A stretch of 63,796 bases of DNA, filler included, from Trichomonas gallinae (GCA_008369845.1; 8 parts of 8 records of this genome joined end to end with filler, not necessarily neighbours in it); one strand, 5' to 3'; shown: positions 1 to 11,449, counted from the first letter of the whole stretch. Translations and numbers: made by a program. Notes: generated from the sequence alone by a model not told the origin.

Positions 1-268
1 GGACATAAAAATGATACTTTATAACTTTGAGATCTCAAATCCTATTACAAAGCCAGAAAGCGAGTTGAAACACTTCTATAAAATCTATATTTAATGTAAG
101 AAATCGATTTTTCTCGTGTTTTAGTTTACTAAAATATTAAATGTCATAATTAAAAATGGATGAATCCTCTCTCAATTATTGATCACACAACTTCACAAAA
201 AGTGAAATTGAGAGCTTCCAATCAAAATAATTTTGAGAACTGATTCCATTTTACTTCATTTTTAGCAG

Positions 269-1654
269 ATGTCGCACGACTTATGTGTATATGGTCTCGG
301 AACAATGGGTGCAAACATTGCCCGCAACTTCGCTCACCATGGATTCAAGGTTGCCGTCTTTAACAGGACATGGACGAGAACAGAAGCATTGTTAAAACTT
401 AATGAACCAAATATCACAGGATACAAGACAATCCAAGAAGTTATCGCAGTACTCAAGAAGCCAAGGATCTTCTTGTTAATGGTTACAGCCGAATTTGTTG
501 ATCCAGTCATTGAGAACCTCAAGCCTCTTTTGGAGAAGGACGATGTTATCATCGATGGTGGAAACTCACATTGGCCAGAAACAGAAAGACGCCAGAAGTT
601 AATCGAGCCAACGGGAATTCATTTCGTTGGTATGGGCATCTCTGGAGGTGAAGAAGGTGCTCTTCATGGTCCAGCTATGATGTTCGGTGGCCATCTTCAG
701 GATTGGGAGAATGCAAAGCGCGTTTTGCTCCCAATCGCCGCCAAATCTCAAGATGGGGCTCCATGTGTTGACTACATGGGACGCGGTGGTGCTGGTCACT
801 TCGTCAAAATGGTCCACAACGCCATCGAATACGCCGATATGCAGCTTATCGCTGAAACGTATTTCATTATGAAAAGCGCTCTCAAAATGGACAACGCTGC
901 CATCGCAGATGTCTTCGGCAAATGGAACCAAGGCGTCCTCAAGTCATATTTGATCGAAATTACAGAAAAAGTTCTCAGGAAGAAAGAAGGCGACAAACAC
1001 ATCGTTGACTTGATCCTAGATACAGCTGAACAGAAGGGAACTGGCAAGTGGACATCGCAGGACTCCTTCGACGTACCTTCAGCCACACCAGCCTTCGGTG
1101 AGGCTGTCTACGCGAGAATTCTTTCCTGCTTGAAACAAGAAAGAGTTGAAGCTTCAAAATCAATCAAGCACGAGCCACTCGAAGGCATTGACATTCAAAT
1201 CACAATCGATGACCTCGAAAAGGCTTTGTATGCAGCTAAAATTATTTGCTACGCTCAGGGATTATCAATGATCCAGAAAGCATCAGTTAAGCTCGATTAT
1301 GGTGTTGATATCTCTAAGTGTGCCAAGGTCTGGAGAGGTGGATGCATTATCAGAGCAAACTTCTTGAATGATGTTTCAGCATATTATAATAATGAGACAA
1401 AGAACTTGCTTATGATTCCATTCTTCAAGACAGCTGTCGAAGAACGCGTACAGTCATGGCGTAAGGTCTGCACTCTTTCGACAATCAAAGGTTATCCAAT
1501 TCCACTCTATTCTTCTTGCCTCGCTTACTTTGATTCATATAGATCTGATGTTCTCCCAGCTAACCTCATCCAAGGCCTCAGAGACTTCTTCGGCGCACAT
1601 ACATACGAACGCGTTGACAAGGAAGGCAAATTCCACACAGAGTGGGAGCAGTAA
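269..1654 (+). CDS. gnd: 6-phosphogluconate dehydrogenase, decarboxylating
   Basis: GLGTMG Rossmann motif, IIDGGN, GISGGEEGA, GHFVKMVHNAIEY, QKGTGKWT, RDFFGAHTY; TCATTT initiator about 13 nt upstream. Confidence 0.97.
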   Translation: MSHDLCVYGLGTMGANIARNFAHHGFKVAVFNRTWTRTEALLKLNEPNITGYKTIQEVIAVLKKPRIFLLMVTAEFVDPVIENLKPLLEKDDVIIDGGNSHWPETERRQKLIEPTGIHFVGMGISGGEEGALHGPAMMFGGHLQDWENAKRVLLPIAAKSQDGAPCVDYMGRGGAGHFVKMVHNAIEYADMQLIAETYFIMKSALKMDNAAIADVFGKWNQGVLKSYLIEITEKVLRKKEGDKHIVDLILDTAEQKGTGKWTSQDSFDVPSATPAFGEAVYARILSCLKQERVEASKSIKHEPLEGIDIQITIDDLEKALYAAKIICYAQGLSMIQKASVKLDYGVDISKCAKVWRGGCIIRANFLNDVSAYYNNETKNLLMIPFFKTAVEERVQSWRKVCTLSTIKGYPIPLYSSCLAYFDSYRSDVLPANLIQGLRDFFGAHTYERVDKEGKFHTEWEQ

Positions 1655-2526
1655 TAAATCTGTCTTATATTTATACTATCCATGAAATAAATTGGACATA
1701 AAATAGAAATTATATTCTTTTCTTATTTTCTGGCTTTAAAATAATCCAGACATCATATATCATACATAGAGGTGTAGGAAATGACGTTAAAATCATATCA
1801 TATTCGTATTATTTCAAACAAATTGTTAATATTAAATTCAAAACACAGTCCTACACATCAACAATTTGGTGAAATAGGAAATATATCAAATATGCATATT
1901 TTTCATTGCAAATAGTCATAATTTTTAGTAATCTTTCTTTATTATGAATTTCGATTACTTTTGATGCAATATCTTCATAGAACATTATTGTAAACTCATA
2001 GGAAACCTCAATGGAATTACAATTAAACCATTTGCTTCTTCGATCTAATTTTTTTCAAAAATTTCTCTCTTGATTAGTGTTCATTGTTCAATAAAAGACT
2101 TTACAACTGATTTTTAATCTAAAAACAGTCATAAAATATTCTGACTTAGAATTGCATCATTCAACTCAAAAATAAGGTCGAAGTTTTCAAAAATTTCATT
2201 CATTTCGGAAAATAGGGTTAATCAACTTTAGTAATACATATAATGTTGTATGCTCGTGTTATCACTGCTTTACTTTCTTGTGAAATGAGGTTTGTTTCAA
2301 TTATCTATTTTTGACAATGATGTGCTCAAGATAAGGACAATCATATTACAATAATAATCGTATGGAAAAGGTTTGAATTGACTTTGAAACAAAACCTTTC
2401 ATTTCAATTATAGCAGAATGATGCATTTTTACGTCAATAATTTTTAACTAAAATATCAATCACAAACAACATTATATTGTTCTTTTTACATCGAAGAAAA
2501 TTTTCTTTGATTTTTTGATTAAAAAT

Positions 2527-3588
2527 ATGTTTGCACTTCTAAATAGTGTGTGTAGATCACATCCCAGCATCACATGCAGCTCACAGAGCAATGGTAACTT
2601 AGGCTACTTGAAGTACTACGTTGACGATGATTACAGCAGTCAATACACATCATATTATCAATCGGGCAACAAATACGATTGGAATTACGTTGCCGGATCA
2701 TTCTGTCCTAAGCAAACTGGACAAACAACAATTCGTGCACTTGCCTATCCAGCTCTTCAAGCGATGTTCATTGACAGTTCAATATCTAATACAGGAACAA
2801 AATGCACTGGAACGAAAACATATGATTGGAGCGCGTATTTATATGCGCACAGATGCTACCCGTTATCTATTGGAGACTACACGAACTGTTTATCAGGTGT
2901 TTACTTGTACGGATACATAAATGGAACGCTGATTGATAACACATCGACAACAATCATGGACTGCTATACTACAGATTGTTTACCAGGTTATTATACAGAC
3001 ACATGCGAAAAAGAAGTCGACGCATATTGCAATGGACACGGAACACCAGAGTACGGAAGAACATCAGATGGAATGGGCTGCGTGTGCACAAGCTACACTG
3101 ACAATATTTTCTGCGAAGACACATCACAGCACCATTTCGCATCAGGAAAACGTGGTGTTCAATTAATGTCATATTATGATTCATCTAAGATAGATTACAC
3201 TGCGACTTATGATGATTTCTCATACCAGGAGATCGGAGAAAGCTATGCTACTGTTGAGATAAGAAGTCAGTTATATGTTCCACAAAACACAATGCTCCAA
3301 TTCCAGCTCGGATCAGTACCGAATGCGCAATTATATGTAGACGGTGTTCTTCTCGCTGGATCATTGGGTGAACAATTCTCGTGCGAAGAGGGTTCATTTA
3401 CAACAGTCGAGACAGCAAATGTTACATATACAAGAGGAATCCACAACGTCGTGATTAAGATGAATTCTGGATGTGCAATTAATGATCAAGCATATGAGCT
3501 TAAATGGAAATTCTATCGTTGGTATAGTAACAATCCAACAGGATATGAAGATATTCCAGCAAGATATCTTGGTTTGCCAACAAATTAA
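2527..3588 (+). CDS. Secreted Cys-rich protein with EGF-like module and PA14-like C-terminal domain
   Basis: First ATG at 2527 (ORF-track start is TTG); short hydrophobic N-terminus; CNGHG...C-C EGF-like pattern; QLYVP...FQL.S...AQLYVDG...G.H.V.I resembles PA14. Confidence 0.65.
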   Translation: MFALLNSVCRSHPSITCSSQSNGNLGYLKYYVDDDYSSQYTSYYQSGNKYDWNYVAGSFCPKQTGQTTIRALAYPALQAMFIDSSISNTGTKCTGTKTYDWSAYLYAHRCYPLSIGDYTNCLSGVYLYGYINGTLIDNTSTTIMDCYTTDCLPGYYTDTCEKEVDAYCNGHGTPEYGRTSDGMGCVCTSYTDNIFCEDTSQHHFASGKRGVQLMSYYDSSKIDYTATYDDFSYQEIGESYATVEIRSQLYVPQNTMLQFQLGSVPNAQLYVDGVLLAGSLGEQFSCEEGSFTTVETANVTYTRGIHNVVIKMNSGCAINDQAYELKWKFYRWYSNNPTGYEDIPARYLGLPTN

Positions 3589-4147
3589 ATTTCATTCTTT
3601 CGAATATGATATAGAAAAAAATCTTCATGAGTTATTATTTTGTTCTTTTTGGACTAGTGTATAAAATTTAATTCGTAAAAATGATTCTTATTTTAATTTT
3701 CACTATGATTATAGATAACTATTTCTAATTTCTGATTTAGATAAAGCAGTAGTTAGTTAAATGGATAGAAATATATAGAAATGGCATTTAACGAACTATT
3801 CACTGTTGATTTTATAAAAATATTGAGATTTTTTGTAAGCTTTTGACTGTAGGGATTTTATGAATGATAATTCAAAATAGCAACGTTTATGTAATGATTT
3901 AGCATGAGTTTTTTTATTCTATAAGTTTAATTCTATTTCATGCATTAAAATCATTGTTGTCGATATATATTATGGATATATGTAATCATAGTAATCGAGT
4001 AATGATGGTTAAATGAATAAAAAAGATTATAAGAAAATTGAATTAAAGGATTGAATAAAATAGATAGATATTTAACAAACATAAATACGATGATGAGTTT
4101 GACTTGTAATTTTCGAGAAGATTCGACAAAAAATTCCTTTTTGCGAA

Positions 4148-4384
4148 TTAAATTAGTGAAGATTTAAAGGCGCTTGGCTTAGGTTCTGCTCCATCATCAT
4201 CTGCATTACGTTTTTGCCCATGTCTTCGTCTTTCCAACCAAGCATTTAATGGTCTTCTAACACAAAGCGGATAAAAGATGAGAAACAGCATCATAATGAC
4301 GACGAGGAAGCATGTGATGAGAAGAATGTTTGTAGCGATGTCTTTTCCTTTATCAAGCTGTGGAATATTAGCAAATGGATCCAT
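4148..4384 (-). CDS. Small single-pass membrane protein (78 aa)
   Basis: One hydrophobic helix followed by YPLCVRRP..WL and a basic tail; AAAGTGAC just before the ATG; paralog at 54343-54495. Confidence 0.75.
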   Translation of the reverse strand: MDPFANIPQLDKGKDIATNILLITCFLVVIMMLFLIFYPLCVRRPLNAWLERRRHGQKRNADDDGAEPKPSAFKSSLI

Positions 4385-5109
4385 TATTTGTCACTTTTTA
4401 AAATAAAATTAATCGTCAAGTCGATTCTTTTTTTTTTTTAAATATTTGTATTATATACAGTAAAATTGGAGCAAAAATTGAGGAATTTAAATTAGTGCTT
4501 AATTATTAAAAACATGTTTCTACCTTAAATAATTCCATATTTTATCATGTATAAAAATATTTTACATTTTTGGACGATTTTATTAGTAAATATGATGATC
4601 GAATATTTATAAAAAGTTAAACTAAGTCATAGGAGTTTTACCATCATGTAAAAGTACCATTTAAAATCTATTCCTAGCATTCTTTTTTTCAAAAATGATA
4701 ATTGAATCAATATAGAAAAAATTTTTCAATCTTAAACTCAACGCTTAACGATGTGGAGCGCTTAAAAGATTATACCATGTATCATGTGATCATATATGGA
4801 AAAACGTCAACAAACAAGTAATTATAACAAGTTTAAATTTTTATTAGATTTAAAAAGTTTGATGATAATAGTGATGTTTTTTGAAATCGAATACAATGTT
4901 GTTTTTGACACCATAGAAGTGACTTTTGATGTCAACCACTTGAATTACTTTTATTTTGGCGGACATGCTGTTTTCAGTGGTTGACATTGAATGTTGTAGG
5001 CATTATTTCATCACCAGTAATGATTAAAATACAAATTATTTGATTTTTCCAAATTTGATTCAATGTCGACTCAAATAAAACAGATCTTACATATTTCACA
5101 TTAGAATTC

Positions 5110-6500
5110 AATATGAAGTTATGTATTCTTTAATTGCTCAAATCTTGAACAAATTAGTCTACCTTCAACATTACAAACATTTGGTGTTAGAGCATTCTCA
5201 GATTGCAAAAAATTACTAAGTATAACGATTCCAGATAGTGTCAGAAGTATTGGAAATTTTGATTTTTCATATTGCCCTCTTTTGATTGGAATAATTTTTC
5301 CAGCAAATTTGGAATCTATTGGAGACAAAGCATTTCAATTTGACATAGCTTTAGAGATGATAAAACTTCCTCAAAATCTCAAAGCAATAGGAATAAGTGC
5401 TTTTGCAGGATGTTCAAATCATCAATCACAGAATTCTGAACTTCCTTCAACTCTAACAAGTTTAGGTGCTGGCACGTTTCCAGAATGCGCACAAATCAGG
5501 CAAGTAACAATTCCCAATTCAATAAATTCGCTCGGAAATTATTTACTCAACCAATGAGGTAGCATAACAAGTGTATATTTTGGTCCAGGTGTTATTTCAA
5601 TTGGATCATTTTGCTTTGCAAAATGTTATAATCTTATCCAGTTTTCTGCTCTGCCAAATCTTCAAAAAATCGGAGAATCTGCATTCCTATCATGCACTGA
5701 ATTAAGATCTTTACAATTAGGAAACAATATAAATCAGCTTGGTAAACTAGCTTTTTCCACAGTAATTTCATGGGATATTCTGTTCCTCTTCCTGATGATA
5801 ATTATGAAACTTTTCAGGTGTATTTGACAGTAATATTAATGTATGCAAAAAATGTACAATACGCGTTTTATAACTGCACGACACTAAAGAATACCATTGC
5901 TCCTGATGGATGCAAATCTCTTGGTGATTTCAGCTTCACAATCAGTTCGCTAGAGTCTATCACATTGCCTTCATCATTAAATTACATTGGCCAAAGTTCT
6001 TTTGAGAATTGCACCGATCTTGAAACGATTAATATTCATGAAACATTGACGAGCATTTTTACAAAAACGTTTTATCATTGTGAAAAGATTAAAAGCATTA
6101 ATCCATGCAATATAACATCAATTGGACCATGTTGAAGTTAAAAATGGAACAAAATACATTGATATATGCGCTTTTAGAATTTGCGGGTCTCTTCAATATT
6201 TGGGCATCTGCGGTTTCTGCTTTGTTAATGAATCTGCATTTGAAGGATGCAGAAATTTGATAACCATTATCCTGAAAGATCAATGGCAAATATCATTTAC
6301 ACATTTTTAAGATGCACTAGTATAAGTTCTTTAGTTATATTCGATAATGTCTTTATAAATGAGTCATCATTCGATGATAGCTTGCAAAATCAAATCAATA
6401 TTAATTATTTAGGTTCAAATTCTGTTTATTCTTCAGATATTGAAAAATATTTGAAGATGTTACTGTTTTTAATAGTTATACTGGGAATTTCTTTTCAAAA
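5110..6500 (+). pseudogene. BspA-like (TpLRR) leucine-rich-repeat surface protein pseudogene
   Basis: Repeated LxxIxIP-xSLxxIGxxAFxxC units spread over several frames with stops and frameshifts; boundaries approximate. Confidence 0.85.
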
Positions 6501-6767
6501 TCACCAACAGAACTCTCTGAAGAAAAAATGTGTGAGAAAATTAAATCAATAATGGTAGTTATTATTATGCGTGTGAAATTTATATTCCACCACCTCCCAC
6601 AAATCGTAAATCTAATCAATGATATAACTTCCAACTAGGTGGAAAATATTATTATCTAATTGGAGATCAAACAATTTGGTGCTTACTTTCAGAATTGTCA
6701 CACTTATTAGCATAGGTTGTATATCTAATTATCAAAAATAATACTTTTAAGATTCAATGGATACTCC

Positions 6768-6845
6768 ACTTTTTCAAATATTTGACTAACAATATGTCAC
6801 TTTTTAAAAATTTGACTTCGATTGTCACTTTTGTAAATATCACCA
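6768..6845 (+). repeat. Three degenerate ~28-bp tandem units built on CACTTTT
   Basis: cactttttcaaatatttgac / gtcactttttaaaaatttgac / gtcacttttgtaaatat read directly. Confidence 0.6.
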
Positions 6846-7219
6846 ATCAAATGCTTCCAAGGTCGAATGCATGAAGATGATCGCTGTTATGTGTCAATTC
6901 ATAAAGTAGAGTTTTCCACCATTCACAATATAAGTCTAAGAACAAAAGTTCTCATCATGATAATAAACTTTCGTCAAAAGAAAAAAAAAATTAATTTTTC
7001 TTGGGAAATAAAGTTTGTTATTTTCTGTTGAAAGTATAATCAATATATACCTTATATTATAAGCTTACATGATATCCTATTATTTATGCTCATAAATCAC
7101 TCTAAGTGCCATGTCGACACCTTTTTGAAAAGATGACTCTTTTTCCTTCCATGCAACAACTTAAATTGATAAAATAAATGTTTTCTTATCCTTGTTCAAA
7201 ATTAAAATTGTTAAATTAA

Positions 7220-8365
7220 ATGTTTATTTCGATGCCAAGTTTTAGTTTTGGTATAACACTAAATTCTAGTAACCATTGGCAACTTTACTTGTCAGATTTT
7301 CGATGTAAAAAGTGTCAGATATACATGAATTATTGTTTCCACTTCATTTTTATTGTTTTAATGTTTATTTCATATCCATTGGTAGGTAGATATTTGCTGT
7401 ATGGGGCAAAAAATGATCAGAGCGACGTTGTCTTTCCATACAATGATTTAAATATTTCAATCAATATGATTTTAATAAGTCCGCACAATTTAACTCGCGC
7501 AATTACATCTTATAACTCATACGGAAAAGACATGCAATATTTTTATCCAAATTCAACGTTTAAAATTTACACTGATGCTAATTTAAACAGCCCATTACGA
7601 AAACAGATAAATAATTACATTGTTGAAACTCCACACTATTTTACCCAATATTCGCCTCCATTCAAGCCAACACTTATTTTTATAGACGTTTTAAACGACT
7701 TTGTCAGTAAGCAAAACAATAGATGGCTACTGCGTACAACTGATGATGTTGTAATTGATCTCTTTGAAATGCAGAAATACATTGATCATTTAGAAAAAAA
7801 TTATGATCCGCTAAAACACATTGTAATAAAAGGCCAAGTCGTCAAAAATGCTTATATTCATGGTGGAGCTGGTTATTTCCTATCTCGAGCAGCAGCAATA
7901 TTACTTCTTGAAGAATTTAAGAAATTTCCAGTGCGTAAAGTTAATTATGGCGATGATGTCGTTTTGGGACAATATTTTCTCATGTTTCTCAAGCCAAATG
8001 ATCTGAAAACATCTTCATTTTTGAGTTCTTCATTAAAATCAGAATCATTTCATAGTTTTCATGTAAATGGAACAAAGCATAACTATACTTCATGCGAAGG
8101 TAAACAAATTATATCTAGAACAGATAATATTGCTGCTTGGCATGCAGGAAACAAAAATTTGGAAGTTATTACTAATTATCACTTCGTCAAGAAACAACTA
8201 ACGCCGAACTATTACACATTTTTATCGACTTGGGGACAAGTCGAATTCTGTGTAGATCAAAGATCTGATTTAATGTTAGATTATATTCATGAAGACATTA
8301 ATACAACAAGATTAACACTCGAAGATGCTAGAAAACTGTTAGAAACGAAGAAAATGAAAAAATAA
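7220..8365 (+). CDS. GT31/Fringe-like galactosyltransferase-family type II membrane protein
   Basis: WLLRTTDDV, YIHGGAGYFLSRAA and DDVVLG motifs; N-terminal TM; true start may be ATG 7325. Confidence 0.8.
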   Translation: MFISMPSFSFGITLNSSNHWQLYLSDFRCKKCQIYMNYCFHFIFIVLMFISYPLVGRYLLYGAKNDQSDVVFPYNDLNISINMILISPHNLTRAITSYNSYGKDMQYFYPNSTFKIYTDANLNSPLRKQINNYIVETPHYFTQYSPPFKPTLIFIDVLNDFVSKQNNRWLLRTTDDVVIDLFEMQKYIDHLEKNYDPLKHIVIKGQVVKNAYIHGGAGYFLSRAAAILLLEEFKKFPVRKVNYGDDVVLGQYFLMFLKPNDLKTSSFLSSSLKSESFHSFHVNGTKHNYTSCEGKQIISRTDNIAAWHAGNKNLEVITNYHFVKKQLTPNYYTFLSTWGQVEFCVDQRSDLMLDYIHEDINTTRLTLEDARKLLETKKMKK

Positions 8366-8871
8366 AGCTATTGTTCGATTTTGATATGAAATGATGCAAC
8401 TACATTGATGAAAATTGCATTAATTAATTATAATTTATTTTTGTTTCCAATCTATTAGCAATAGAAATACATTGGATCTACTCGATTCGGATCCATTTTT
8501 ATTCCAAATTATTCGGAAATTAACAAAATATATATGAATCATAATTAATTTATATGAATATGATTTTCGTAAACCATAATAACATCATAATTTTTGTAAT
8601 TTGGCTATTTCCATTTATAATTTGGGCATTTAGTGGAATAATGAAATTAATTGAAATTTAAAAATTGGTTTTTAATTTTAATATTCACGTATTATCATTA
8701 AAAACAAACTAATGTGTCCATTTGTTTGATTATTTTTATATAAAACCCTTAATAAAATTTAAATTTTGAAAAATCTCGTAATTTTCAAAATTAATGACAA
8801 AAACATGATTACTATATAATAATGTATCCAAAAACGCAACAAAACGAATGCGGCCATTTGATTTCATTTGC

Positions 8872-8891
8872 CAACCGCTCGTGTCACTTTT
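8872..8891 (+). promoter_or_regulatory. M3-like element (reverse orientation) next to GTCACTTT initiator upstream of Sec61-alpha
   Basis: caaccgct (reverse complement AGCGGTTG) followed by gtcactttt about 35 nt before the ATG. Confidence 0.5.
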
Positions 8892-8922
8892 ATGTCAAAA
8901 CATCCGAAACTAAAAATAAATA

Positions 8923-9602
8923 ATGGGATTTGATCTTCTTAAGGCTGCCAGGCCAGTCCTCGAGCTGATGCCAAACGTTCCACGCCCAATCAGGAAGGTT
9001 CCAATTCGCAAGCGGTTGTTCTATACATTCGCTTCCCTCGCTTTATACTTAGTCTGCACATTAGTTCCACTTTACGGTGTCCAAAAGGCTGCTGGTGATG
9101 ATCCAATGCAGCACCTCCGTATACTTACTGCTTCTTCTAGATACTCTCTCATGGAATACGGTATTTCCCCGATCGTTACTTCTGGCATGATCCTCCAGTT
9201 CCTTGTTTCCTTCGGCCTCATCAACAAGAACCCAGCTGACCCAGAGTCCTCGGCTCTCTTCGATGCTGCCCAGAAATTGGCCGGCCTCATCATGACAGCT
9301 TTCCAGGCTGGTAACGCTATCTGGTCCGGTGAATACGGCATCCGTGGCGAAATCGGCTTCCTTAACTCCGCTCTCATCATGACACAGCTCGTTACAGCTG
9401 CTATTGTTGTTATCCTTCTCGATGAGCTTTGCCAGAACGGATATGGTATCGGCTCAGGTATCTCTCTCTTCATCTGCACAAACATCTGCGAAATGATCAT
9501 GTGGAGATTATTCTCATTCAATTATTACAACGTCGGCCGTGGAAAGGAGTACGAAGGCCTTGTTGTCGCTTTCTTCCACTTCCTCTTCACACGCAAGAAC
9601 AA
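8923..9602 (+). CDS. SEC61A: Protein translocon Sec61 alpha subunit (5' part, truncated by contig end)
   Basis: SLMEYGISPIVTSGMILQ, LLDEL..GYGIGSGISLFICTNICE, GKEYEG motifs; strong codon bias. Confidence 0.97.
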
Positions 9603-9702
9603 NNNNNNNNNNNNNNNNNNNNNNNNNNNNNNNNNNNNNNNNNNNNTTAATTAATTAANNNNNNNNNNNNNNNNNNNNNNNNNNNNNNNNNNNNNNNNNN
9701 NN
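9603..9702. other. Artificial contig linker (N44-TTAATTAATTAA-N44)
   Basis: Six-frame stop linker flanked by Ns; identical at all seven junctions. Confidence 0.98.
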
Positions 9703-10011
9703 AGAATTTTTGACACGTAAAGATGTAAAGTGCCAAAAATAGCATTAAATAATATATCAAACAACATTATTCTTACATTTTAGAGTGAACGAAAAGATTT
9801 ATTTTTAATTACATTAATCTTGAAGTGCTTCAAAGTTTGTTGTAATGTTCATCAGAATTTGACGTGTAAATTTGTTTATTATGACAAGTTTTATTATTTT
9901 TGACATGTAAAGTGTTTATATTGATTTTAATTTATTTTATGATATACATGGTGCTTTAGATATTTTTGGCATATATTTTGGTAAATTGTTCGAAATTCTT
10001 CATTTTTTGTA

Positions 10012-10599
10012 ATGAGTCATAATCAAGCAAAACAAAAGACTGAGTTTGAGAAGATGGTTGCTGGTGAGAATTATTTAGCCTGGGATGAGGACCTTGTCAA
10101 GAGAAGGAACAAGGCTCATAAGCTATGTAACGCAATTAACAAATGTGATCCTGAAGAAGAAGAGGTCAAAAAAAAGTTAGTTGCAGAGCTTTTCCAAGAC
10201 AGCAACCCATCACTTTATGTCGAGCAGCCATTCCATTGCGATTATGGAAATAATATTAAAGTTGGTGATAACGTTTATTTTAACTTCAACGCCATGGTAT
10301 TAGACGAAGCACTGGTAACTATTGGCTCGGATACTAAATTTGGACCAAATTGCAGTCTTTACACTGCATGTCATCCAACCGATCCAAAAACTCGCCGCGA
10401 TCACATCGAATTTGCAAAGCCAATCACTATCGGTGATAACTGCTGGATTGGTGGCAACGTCACCATTTGCCCAGGCGTCACAATTGGAAGAAACACGACA
10501 ATCGGCGCAGGATCAGTTGTTGCTCGCGATATTCCTGAAGGTGTCGTCGCTGTTGGAAATCCATGCCATGTTGTTAAGAAATTAGATATCAAAGAATAA
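10012..10599 (+). CDS. maa: Maltose/galactoside O-acetyltransferase (hexapeptide repeat family)
   Basis: EKMVAGE.Y, PFHCDYGNNI, HPTDP..R, PITIGDNCWIGG, GAGSVV..DIP..VVAVGNPC. Confidence 0.93.
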   Translation: MSHNQAKQKTEFEKMVAGENYLAWDEDLVKRRNKAHKLCNAINKCDPEEEEVKKKLVAELFQDSNPSLYVEQPFHCDYGNNIKVGDNVYFNFNAMVLDEALVTIGSDTKFGPNCSLYTACHPTDPKTRRDHIEFAKPITIGDNCWIGGNVTICPGVTIGRNTTIGAGSVVARDIPEGVVAVGNPCHVVKKLDIKE

Positions 10600-10834
10600 A
10601 TTATTTAATTTTTCGGAAATTTAGCCACAAAGCTTAATTAATTAAACGTATATTTTACATTTCATGAATATCAAGTATATTTTTCATTAATTATTTTTCG
10701 AAAATTTGATTTTTTTTAAATCTTCAACAGACTTCATGTTTGAGTACTGGCTGGTTGTATTTTAAATAAATATGATGGAATTTTTCATTACATTTGAACA
10801 AATGATTTTTTTACATAATTTTTCTTTCAAAGTT

Positions 10835-11281
10835 TTAAAATCCGAGTTGACGGTACATCTTTAAGAATTCTGCAAAGTTGATTTTTGCATCATTGTTGAG
10901 GTCATACCGTTCAAAGATGCAATCGATATCAGGAAGAGAGACGTTTTCGTTGATGAGTCGCATGAAATTAAGTAATTCATCTTTAGAAATGTGGCCATTC
11001 TTATCAGCATCAATTGTATTGAACACTTCTCTGGCTTCTTTTTCTTTTGTCATTGCCATCATAGACATAGCTTCCAAAAACTCATCAAGTGAAAGCGTGT
11101 CATCATGGTTTTTATCAACTTTCTTCATTAAATTATTCAACTGTCTTTTTGTTGTTTTATGTCCATTAACTTTCTCAATAATGGAAGCAAGCTCATTTAA
11201 TTCTAGTGAACCGTTTTTGTTGGTATCATATTGGGCAAATAATGACTTATACTCAGCAATCTCCTCAGGTGACAAAGTCAT
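10835..11281 (-). CDS. Calmodulin-like EF-hand protein (four EF hands)
   Basis: DTNKNGSLELNE, DKNHDDTLSLDE, DADKNGHISKDE, DLNNDAKINFAE; 148 aa. Confidence 0.92.
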   Translation of the reverse strand: MTLSPEEIAEYKSLFAQYDTNKNGSLELNELASIIEKVNGHKTTKRQLNNLMKKVDKNHDDTLSLDEFLEAMSMMAMTKEKEAREVFNTIDADKNGHISKDELLNFMRLINENVSLPDIDCIFERYDLNNDAKINFAEFLKMYRQLGF

Positions 11282-11449
11282 TTTTGATAATAACGATTAA
11301 AAGTGATCAACAATTTATCGAGGGGTAGAAATTTAATTGCAGGGGAATAAATTACCAAATCCACAAGTATCTGAACGAAGACTAGCAAACTTCCAAAAAA
11401 TCGATTCAAGTAATATTCAATATCAAGTTATCAAAATTCCAATCCTAAA

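Noticed and set aside
10012..10599. Bacterial contamination
   Set aside because: Native initiator and TAAA signals and a eukaryotic neighbour on the same contig
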